The notes beneath the pieces were generated by a model. It was not told the origin of the DNA. It worked only from the letters and a program-made list of their open reading frames with translations, and did not search any database. A stretch of 64,000 nt of DNA, taken from the NCBI RefSeq assembly GCF_000981445.1, contig NC_027219.1:620001-684000 (forward strand). The letters run 5' to 3'. Positions within the stretch are counted from its first letter, which is position 1. Each line of letters starts with the position of its first letter. Source of the stretch: Babesia bigemina. Its lineage: Eukaryota. Of the stretch, positions 12,838 to 22,018 are shown piece after piece. The translations under genes and the position numbers were made by a program.

Positions 12838-14207
12838 TATTAGAGAATTGAACCACTTATGTCGAGCACAGCATTGCAACCATGCAGCAGCTTAACCTAA
12901 ATTTTAAATCATGCCATATAGAAGAATCAAAGTGTCGACCAAGAGGCCTCCAAAGAGTATATACGAATAAATCTACTGCGTTGAAGTTACGTTGACGTAT
13001 GAACTTATTTTCAGACACGTAAATATGCATTGACACGTAATGTATTGTGAATGGAGTATTTCAATGACTCAAATGATGTATGGTCTGTCAATGTGTCATG
13101 AGACCTCTGGAAGTGGAATTTTTGTCGCGGATCACCGGTAATAATCTTAGTGACTTATTGATTATGCGCTGTTGCATGTAGACAGTCATTATGCATCCAC
13201 AAAGGTTTTATGCAGCTATATAAAAGCCTAACGTTCATTTTGAAATCGGAACGATAATTTGAATAATGATGCATACCTTGATATCGCGCAAATAAATGGT
13301 ACCATGCGTTTAACTGCCCTGGTTATGGTCAGAAGTGTATTACCTTGAGACTCGATCGTAAACACCGCTGATTCTACACATCGTAGACATGCTCAGGTAA
13401 CCACCGTTATCATTTTTTGGAATCTTTCCTTTTCGACTCGAGTATGCTGCTGTTCTGCATTTGTCTTTGTACGGTTTTATTTATTAATTTTAATATTTTT
13501 CAAGTTGTATATTATGGTATGTGGTTACGTTCGGCGAGTGCGTTTTCTCACGATACGAACTTAATGCCTACACGTTGTTGGGAAGTGTTGGACTATATGT
13601 TTTGTGTAGTTGCTGGTGGTGTTGCATCTGACAGAGAAAGCGCTTTACGCTGCGCAGTAACCACACGATTTGTAGTAGCCTCAACGCAACAACAGCCACC
13701 TAAGCAGCAGCTACGTACTATGGACATAATAATATCATGCAGATTCAGGAAATTGTCTACAATCAAGGATATCGTTCCCAGGTAACACAATCTACGCGTG
13801 TAAGGACCGTGCACCCAATAGGCTACACGCATCCCTGCAACTGCTATGCTACTGAGCCAAGCCAAGGCGATGCTTATCAGCTAAACAACTGACAAGATAT
13901 AAGCCGGTGGACACCGCTATATAACAAATACTGATATCCAGACTAATTGTGCCTGGTACACGATGATGCACGCATCTGCCGCTGCAACAAGAGCAGGTAA
14001 AATGGCGTCATGAACGATATCAAATGGAAATTCAGAAACGCGCTTGCCCCTGTACAGAAACACGAGTGTAATGGATATATAAGGTATATAAAAAGTTTGA
14101 CATCATTCAAAAAGTCGAAATGTTTTGAAAATTTATATGCCAATTGACTGGGCGCCCTCGCCAAAATTTGCTTGTCAAGTTGATTTTACAACTCTTGCAA
14201 ACCATGA

Positions 14208-14966
14208 TCAATAGAAAGCCCAAAATGCTGCCATGTCGTATACGATGTCTAATAGACGATGATGCATATCCCTCAACGCCTCGCGGACATGCAAGCGGAT
14301 CAGGCCATCGCGGCATTTCGATTCAACAAAACCCATCGCTTTCATTACCTTGCTCACAAGCAGAGTCTCATTAGGCGGTGGAGTTCCAAAGTGGTGTCCA
14401 TTGCTACCAGTAAACAAAGAATGTAAATCTGCGTACAACATTGGCGCAATCCCCACGAGGACTGCTGCACAGTCTTCCGGCCTCTTCGAGCACTAGGCCT
14501 CCCACGTCGCTTCTGAACTGTAAGCGGACTCGTACTGGCCAGGGGTTTTAATCTCATTCAGGAACTGCTCACAGCCATCCGCAATTTTATCTACATCCTT
14601 TGCGATGCTGTCAGGTGTAACACCATTGAGCTTTACGATGTTTTCATAATCACTTTCGTGGAGTGCAAAAAAGCGCTTGATATCCACAAAGTCGGTTTTA
14701 TTCATACGTTCCGTGAATCTACGCAGCAGGTCTCCAACTGCCGGCAAGTCCTTAAATTCCTTTTTCTGCATGAACTCCCTCGAAAGGCGTTTGACTTTTT
14801 CGACAGATGGTACATACTTCATACCGACAGGCTTGTCTACTAGGAAATTGTAAAGTGCGTAACCTAAAGCCTGCGTGTTAAACTTGGAAGTTCCCTTGAC
14901 AGCTATCAGCCAGTCAAGGCACTCCTTGAGGTTACGAGGGACATCGGTCAGCGAATGGTACAGCAT
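14208..14966 (-). pseudogene. Short ves-like (VESA N-terminal domain only) gene with an in-frame premature stop
   Basis: MLYHSLTDVPRNLKECLDWL...YESAYSSEATWEA*CSKRPEDCAAVLVGIAPMLY...DMAAFWAFY. TAG at 14493-14495 sits where the paralogues have Ser, and the frame continues after it. Confidence 0.85.
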
Positions 14967-15559
14967 TCTCTGCATATCTCTTAAATTATCATTTTGGTTA
15001 ACATTGTTCTGAGGTTTAGCGTGGTTAGCATTGTCTTGAGGTTTAAGCATCTTGTTACGGCACTTACTATAACAGAATAAATGGCTTTTCTTACGCCCAC
15101 TAGTGAGCAAATATTGCTTACATAGTTCATGTGCAAAGTATGATTCAAGGGTGGAATTTATACACCGAAGGATGCCAACAGTCGTTATAACAAGCTGCAT
15201 CTTGCACGTGACGGATTCAAAAGCAGTGCGGCGGACCAAAATTAGCAGTGCACCTGAACCTCATAGTACCGTCTTCAGGTAGAGATACACAATCAGACTA
15301 CCTTCAGGCTGCGCGCTCTTAAGAGCGATTTCGAAATTCGCGGTTCCTAAACGGAGTTTACATTCGTAGGTAAAACGTCTATTGAAAAGGTATGTTGCCA
15401 GCATAATTTGAAACAAACAAAATACACTGGCTTATCCTCGCGGCACAAAGAATGCGTACACTCCACCCAGACTGGCATTGTGCCCACTCGCGCTGCAACC
15501 CTTTAGGGGTTACAAGTAACTAGGTAACCACTTCTGCGGTGGCCTCACGTGGTGGTAGT

Positions 15560-16037
15560 TGGGGTGTGGTACGGGGTCACGACTCTAAGGATCACTACAA
15601 TGCTAAGCACAGATGCCCTTTACTGCGTCGTTCACCCAGACAAGGTCCAATATTTATAGGGTGTCACATTTAGACACCGATTCACCTCATCTAACCAGCC
15701 ACTCACCCGGCGGATGACCCTACATCCCCAATTTGCCTACTGGGTGTCACTCCTCTGTTACCATTGGCCTACACCGATGAATGACAACTAAGTCACTGCA
15801 ACACTAAATGAACATGTAAAAAGGCATTGTGCAATTTGTGTAATGTTACTGGCTATACCTGGTCTGCGGCCGAATTAATTTTTGTTCCAGAGTGCATACT
15901 GTGCGATGTGGCTCTCTGGATTGGGTCGGGTGTTGATATCATCGGGATATCGCATCATACTGTAGGTGTGAGATGCGTGATTTACGCCATCCAGTTGCTG
16001 TAGTGGTCACAGACCCCTACATGCAAGGCTGCGGCGT
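15560..16037 (+). repeat. ~480-bp direct repeat 'D', copy 1 (ves-tail-like remnant plus the start of the 6-Cys fragment)
   Basis: Near-identical to 41327-41803 (tggggtgtggtacggggtcacgactctaagg...tacatgcaaggctgcggcgt). Confidence 0.95.
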
Positions 16038-16413
16038 TACGTACGAATCAGATGAGATGTTCAAACCTGAGACACCCAAGCGCTACGACGCTCACGAAAA
16101 GCCCAACATCGGTTGCAAAATAGATATTCATGCTGCCAAGGAAGCGGCATTCTACTGCCCAGCACCGTACGTCCTGGACCCACCTGACTGCTTCTACCAA
16201 GTTTACGTGGTCGCTGAAGTGAAGAACGTAATCGATATAGCCCTGTTACTGATTGCATTAGCATTCCAACACTTCGTTGCGGTGCGGATTAACGGCCAAC
16301 TCGTAAGAGGTGATGAGATGCTGCACCAGACGCCGCCGTTGGAGTGCCGCTGCGTCACCATCAAGGGCATCGTCCTATCCACCATCCAGATTGGGAACTA
16401 CTGCTCCAAGTAA
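15973..16413 (+). pseudogene. C-terminal fragment of an s48/45 6-Cys-domain protein
   Basis: Cysteine pattern DPYMQGCG...GCKIDI...AAFYCPAPYVLDPPDCF...LECRCV. There is no signal peptide or upstream domain. Confidence 0.65.
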
Positions 16414-17338
16414 TAAGTAGATGAAACTCGGTAACTCGTTTGTCAATCACAGACTTTAATTGTCATACGTCACGTTGGTCGATCTGCTGGTTTGTGTCTT
16501 CAGTGAGAGCATTGCTTTGGGTAGAGTGTTGCAATTGTTATTGCCAGTCTAACGACATATTCTTGTGTTGTCGTGGATTTTTGTAACTAGTGTGAACGGC
16601 CGTGGACCCGGTGAAGAGTGTGCTGTGGAATTACATGTCACCACACCTTAGTTGGGCATTGTCTACCGCAGGCATTAGGAAGATGCAACTTAGAGGTTTG
16701 CATATCAGTTCGCATTTTGAAACCTCTACAATGCCCTTAACACACGACAAAGAGCAATACGTGGTACCTGGAATGGGACTTCACTGAGCCCCCAATTTGG
16801 GTGAGCAATTACTGCGGCAGTGCCTGAGCACGTTGGTCGACCTCTGGGAGTGGCGGCTAGACCGTGTGGATTTCACCCTATATGCGCGCATCTCGGTGAA
16901 TTTCTGCCTATGTATGAGTTAATCTTCAGTGTGGTGGCATTTATCGTCAACATCGTGATAAGTCTCGAGGTCGTAACCCCAGACTGCACCCTAGCAGAGG
17001 CTTCGTGGGCCCCCGCAAACATAGCTACCCACTTATTCGTTACGCCGCAAGAGTTGCAACGAGCGTGCACACAATACAATCTTACGTGAAGCATTGGCAT
17101 TTTTCTCGCTTCAAATACAGGTGAGTCTATTTTAATACTTATCATGCTGGCGCAGTAACTAGACGGTACATATGTTGTTAGAGGTGAATACGACGTGTTT
17201 TGAGGGAGGCGAGCTTCAGGAACACGTTTCGAGAGCACACGTCGACGAGAGTCTGTCTTTCGTTTGAACAAAACCATTTAGCTATACATCCGTGGCCAAT
17301 TATTTCGAATTACTACGTTTGAATCGATTGCGTGCGAG

Positions 17339-19384
17339 ATGGCGGATTCAACTGGAGAAGCCAAGCCAACCCACCTGGCAACGACTGTTTCTATCGGTAA
17401 GGGTGAGGAAGGAAATGAAGGTATCTATGGGACATACGAGGGTAGCACACGAGGTAGTGATACAATAGAACATAGGGGCACAAACGAGAACAAAATGGGT
17501 TCACAAGCAGCGTATGAAGGCCGCGCATACCCGTCACAAGCAGCGTATGAAGGCCGCGCATACCCGTCACAAGCAGTGTATGAAGGCCGCGCATACCCGT
17601 CACAAGCAGCGTATGAAGGCCGCGCATACCCGTCACAAGCAGCGTATGAAGGCCACCGATTCCCGTCACTAGCAGCGGGTATAAGAGACATACTCGCGTC
17701 ACAAGCAGCGGCAACAAGCGGCACACTCGCGCCACCAGCAGCGTATGAAGGCCACCGATTCCCGTCACTAGCAGCGGGTATAAGAGACATACTCGCGTCA
17801 CAAGCAGCGGCAACAAGCGGCACACTCGCGCCACCAGCAGCGTATGAAGGCCACCGATTCCCGTCACAAGCAGCGTATGAAGGCCGCGCATACCCGTCAC
17901 AAGCAGCGTATGAAGGCCGCGCATACCCGTCACAAGCAGTGTATGAAGGCCGCGCATACCCGTCACAAGCAGCGTATGAAGGCCGCGCATACCCGTCACA
18001 AGCAGCGTATGAAGGCCGCGCATACCCGTCACAAGCAGTGTATGAAGGCCGCGCATACCCGTCACAAGCAGCGTATGAAGGCCACCGATTCCCGTCACTA
18101 GCAGCGGGTATAAGAGACATACTCGCGTCACAAGCAGCGGCAACAAGCGGCACACTCGCGCCACCAGCAGCGTATGAAGGCCACCGATTCCCGTCACTAG
18201 CAGCGGGTATAAGAGACATACTCGCGTCACAAGCAGCGGCAACAAGCGGCACACTCGCGCCACCAGCAGCGTATGAAGGCCACCGATTCCCGTCACTAGC
18301 AGCGGGTATAAGAGACATACTCGCGTCACAAGCAGCGGCAACAAGCGGCACACTCGCGCCACCAGCAGCGTATGAAGGCCACCGATTCCCGTCACTAGCA
18401 GCGGGTATAAGAGACATACTCGCGTCACAAGCAGCGGCAACAAGCGGCACACTCGCGCCACCAGCAGCGTATGAAGGCCACCGATTCCCGTCACTAGCAG
18501 CGGGTATAAGAGACATACTCGCGTCACAAGCAGCGGCAACAAGCGGCACACTCGCGCCACCAGCAGCGTATGAAGGCCACCGATTCCCGTCACTAGCAGC
18601 GGGTATAAGAGACATACTCGCGTCACAAGCAGCGGCAACAAGCGGCACACTCGCGCCACCAGCAGCGTATGAAGGCCACCGATTCCCGTCACTAGCAGCG
18701 GGTATAAGAGACATACTCTCGTCACAAGAAGCGGGTATAAGAGACATACTCGCGTCACAAGCAGCGGCAACAAGCGGCACACTCGCGCCACAAGCAGCGT
18801 ATGAAGGCAGCGCATTCCCGTCACAAGCAGCGTATGAAGGCCGCGCATTCCCGTCACAAGATGCTGTTGCAGGCGACATACTCGCGTCAAAAGGAGCGGT
18901 TATAAGAGACATATTCGCATCAGAAGAAGCTGGTAGAGGTGGCGGAAAAGATGATTCACGGGCAGCGGGTAGCGGCGCCGGCAAAGATGATTCAGAAGCA
19001 GGATATAAGGGTGTACGTTGTAAGGCTTTGCGTAAATTCCGGAAGCCTATAAAGAAACGTTTCCGTTTTCGTAGTGAGTATGACCGCAACTCTAGCAGCA
19101 CTTCTGAGAGTTGCGGTAGTAGAAATATGGAACAGGTTATCATTGACACTGCCAAATATGCCGAAGACATAAGCACTTTTGTCAAGCATATTGCGGAGAA
19201 TCTAGACCGGCTGATTCATTTTGGACCTCCCCCCCAAAAGCACCATTCAGAACGTGACAAAAACGACAATGCGCGTGAAGACGTGGAACAGAGTTCAAAC
19301 GACACGTTTAGTGCAGGCAGTGAGGATGGTACAGAGGATCTTCCGCCTGAAGACCATAATTCTGAGAGTGAAGGAGGCTTGTAA
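17339..19384 (+). CDS. Repeat-rich hypothetical protein (681 aa, 11-aa units)
   Basis: Open frame with unique N- and C-termini that are shared with the paralogue at 39884-40978. Confidence 0.75.
   Translation: MADSTGEAKPTHLATTVSIGKGEEGNEGIYGTYEGSTRGSDTIEHRGTNENKMGSQAAYEGRAYPSQAAYEGRAYPSQAVYEGRAYPSQAAYEGRAYPSQAAYEGHRFPSLAAGIRDILASQAAATSGTLAPPAAYEGHRFPSLAAGIRDILASQAAATSGTLAPPAAYEGHRFPSQAAYEGRAYPSQAAYEGRAYPSQAVYEGRAYPSQAAYEGRAYPSQAAYEGRAYPSQAVYEGRAYPSQAAYEGHRFPSLAAGIRDILASQAAATSGTLAPPAAYEGHRFPSLAAGIRDILASQAAATSGTLAPPAAYEGHRFPSLAAGIRDILASQAAATSGTLAPPAAYEGHRFPSLAAGIRDILASQAAATSGTLAPPAAYEGHRFPSLAAGIRDILASQAAATSGTLAPPAAYEGHRFPSLAAGIRDILASQAAATSGTLAPPAAYEGHRFPSLAAGIRDILSSQEAGIRDILASQAAATSGTLAPQAAYEGSAFPSQAAYEGRAFPSQDAVAGDILASKGAVIRDIFASEEAGRGGGKDDSRAAGSGAGKDDSEAGYKGVRCKALRKFRKPIKKRFRFRSEYDRNSSSTSESCGSRNMEQVIIDTAKYAEDISTFVKHIAENLDRLIHFGPPPQKHHSERDKNDNAREDVEQSSNDTFSAGSEDGTEDLPPEDHNSESEGGL
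17501..18920 (+). repeat. 33-bp tandem array (~43 units) with a 99-bp higher-order repeat
   Basis: Units SQAAYEGRAYP / PPAAYEGHRFP / SLAAGIRDILA / SQAAATSGTLA. The last three recur as a triplet. Confidence 0.97.
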
Positions 19385-20826
19385 ATAGCTCTTTGCACCC
19401 GCGGGAATCGCCACGTGAAAGTGGCAGCGTGGGCACGAACTATTCGACAGCCTGGATGAAGAAAAGACGGGGACGACGTTCACGCAGTGCTTCCTACCCT
19501 CCTTGTGCACTTCACCCTTGCTGTACACGCTTACATCCAGTAATAACAAGCGCATATCACCTAAGCAGCAACTAGAAAGTAATGTAATACATGAATGCGT
19601 CGGTTTATTTGTTTATGCTCTGGTCTGGCGATCGCTAAAGTCGGCAGCACGACAACGCCTTGTAAGATTCGGTGACGCGTCCGCCAGATGAATGTACGGA
19701 ATGCGAATGATTGTTTGAGTACCCATGTGATGTGATATGTCGTGTCTCTTGAGGAATCGATATGAATCTACTGCATCTTAATCCTACACCGTGGTTCACA
19801 CAGACCGTTGTTAGACCATTAGCGTGGTATATGGGTGCGGCGGAAACGTGGCAGCCTGAGCTGGAAGCATGACATTCAATTGGAATTCAAATGAGCTCAC
19901 ATTGCTATGGGCAAACGATATATGGGAATGTGTACAACTGCGGTTCAGGAATCCCGCCGTGGAAGATTGGGTCAAATTTCAAGATTCCCTCAGGCTTTAT
20001 AGAACGTCGCATAGGAGCTGCAATGTTCCGCAATTAACACCTACTAGTAGAGCCGTACGATTAGTTTACAAACCAACAAACTATTCCCCCAAGAATACAC
20101 ATGTGAAGGACGCACATACACACAAGATCGTACGCATACACACAGCAGTACCTAAACTAATTGTGCACTAGACTCTGCAGCAACCGCCGATCACCGCTGA
20201 TATGATGCCTGATTTATAGGGAAGGCGACCAACGGTGCCATCGTCTGAAGTTGTTACATGCCAAGAAACCTTAGGAATCGCAGTTGCCGCAATCACCTAA
20301 AGCACAAAACAATTACGATACGCACGTTAGACAGTAGAAGAATCGTCTGACTCCGTCACCGAATGATTGCGAGGTCGATCAACAGCGTGTAACGCGCGAC
20401 TCCATAAGCGCAGCAACACACCACTTGCAACATTGTTGAAATATATACACATTGCTACACATTGATTCAACACGCAGAGCTACTGTGTAAGCCCTTTTTG
20501 GCCAAAACTTATGCACGTCTATCACTCGCGCTTTACATAGTACATGCCACGCTTATTGTCTAGAACTGGCAGCGATACGGCACTTGGGTCGCCATTGCTT
20601 CGCCTAGGTCTGCCTCGTTCGCATTAAGAAGAATTCGCATACTGTGCTAAAGCGCATATGTATTAGAAGGCAACACCACTTGTCTTGTCCTTCCCCGCTA
20701 TTAAGACATTACCTGCATTCAGTGTTCCTACTACATACGCGGGATCTTCGCGACGCAATTAGCAGATAGGCACGATATTCACACGATTTCATTACAATAA
20801 TTGCGTAATTTAGCTAACCCTTCAAA

Positions 20827-21583
20827 ATGGTATACAATTCGTTGACCCAGGCTCCTCGCAACTTCAAGGAGGCTGTTGACTGGTTGATGGCCGTGAGGGG
20901 AGATGGTGCTAAAAGAAACGTAGCAGCATTGGGTGCCGCACTCTTCAGTTTCCTGGCAGACAAAACAGTTGACAAGATGGAGATGCCGGCCCTCGAAGAA
21001 GTTAAACATGTTACTAAAAAGTTCCTGGATCAACCGGAGCTTAGGAACCAGTGGTTCGTAGGAGGGCTGGTTAAGCGGTACAACGACCTTATTAATAAAT
21101 CACCTGGAGGGTTAGCTAAGTACTGTCGGGTTGTTGACGAATCCGATGAGAACGTCGTAAAGGGCAAGGGCATCACTGCTGGATCCATTGTGGAGAACCT
21201 TGACAAAGTTGTATATGGCACTGAGATTCTTGGATGATATTAAAAGCCCAGGCGAGTACGAGTCTGCTCACAGTCCAGAGGCTACGTGGAGTAAATCATG
21301 TACCCAAAAGCCGGAAGATTGCGCAGCTGTCTTCGTGGGTATTGCGCCCATGTTGTACGCAGGTGTACGTTCTCTGCACTATGCGAGTATAGCCGACACC
21401 TTAAATTGGGCACCGTCAACGGAGCAGGAGTTTAGTTTGGGGAAGATATTGAAAGCCTTGGGTTACGTAAAGCCAGAACGCCGCACTGGCATGACGGCTT
21501 CGTATGTCGGCCGTGCTTTGGGCGGCTTTAGATACGAGACAACTAACTTCATTTTCGACCTCGCTGGCTTCTGGGCGTTGTAG
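20827..21583 (+). pseudogene. Short ves-like gene, frameshifted copy
   Basis: MVYNSLTQAPRNFKEAVDWL...FDLAGFWAL. A 2-bp deletion near 21226 (gagattcttgg versus gagatattcttgg in the right-arm copy) splits it into two ORFs. Confidence 0.88.
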
Positions 21584-22018
21584 TGATAGGGGATTGCAAG
21601 AGCTGTGAAAGCGGCCAGGCACAAAAAGGTGCCGACTCCGATTCCCAGTCAGTAGCCATCTAATCCTCACGAAACACATCTAATCAATGTAATGTAATTG
21701 TAACAATGTTTACAAGACCTTCATTTACAATGGTGCCGCCGTCAGTCGGGGGCTAAGCAGTGCCCAGCGCCAAATGATTTGAATTAATGGAGCAGCTTAG
21801 TCTGATCAGATTGCGGATTCGTATGCTTCAATGTCTCAAGTGTACACATTCTGTGGAATTACGCAGCCTAAACAGTCGGCGTGAGTCACTACTCCGCTAA
21901 ACGCCAAAACATGCCCAACCCAAACGGAGCCACGTGGCACAATATGAATTGTGGAACATGCATTCATCGATTTAGTATTAGAGACATTAATAGGCATTGC
22001 GCGGTGCCTATATTATTT

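Larger units (their letters stand above)
17011..21939 (+). repeat. Left arm of a large inverted repeat (~4.9 kb)
   Basis: The reverse complement matches 37324-41307 throughout, including non-coding DNA. Paired ORFs appear in the track (19869+/39101-, 21416-/37584+, 19295-/39717+). Confidence 0.97.

Noticed and set aside
15497..15512. Telomere-like TTTAGGG near element D
   Set aside because: A single unit is expected by chance.
17501..18920. CRISPR-like appearance of the regular repeats
   Set aside because: There are no unique spacers or cas genes. It is a coding tandem repeat in a eukaryote.
17391..19185. Long antisense ORFs (499 and 586 aa) over the tandem array
   Set aside because: A stop-free 33-bp unit keeps several frames open. 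Only the + frame has unique flanks conserved in the paralogue.
19385..20826. ORFs shared by both arms in the spacer (e.g. 19869-20171 / 39101-39403)
   Set aside because: Their conservation simply reflects recent duplication, with no protein-like signal.
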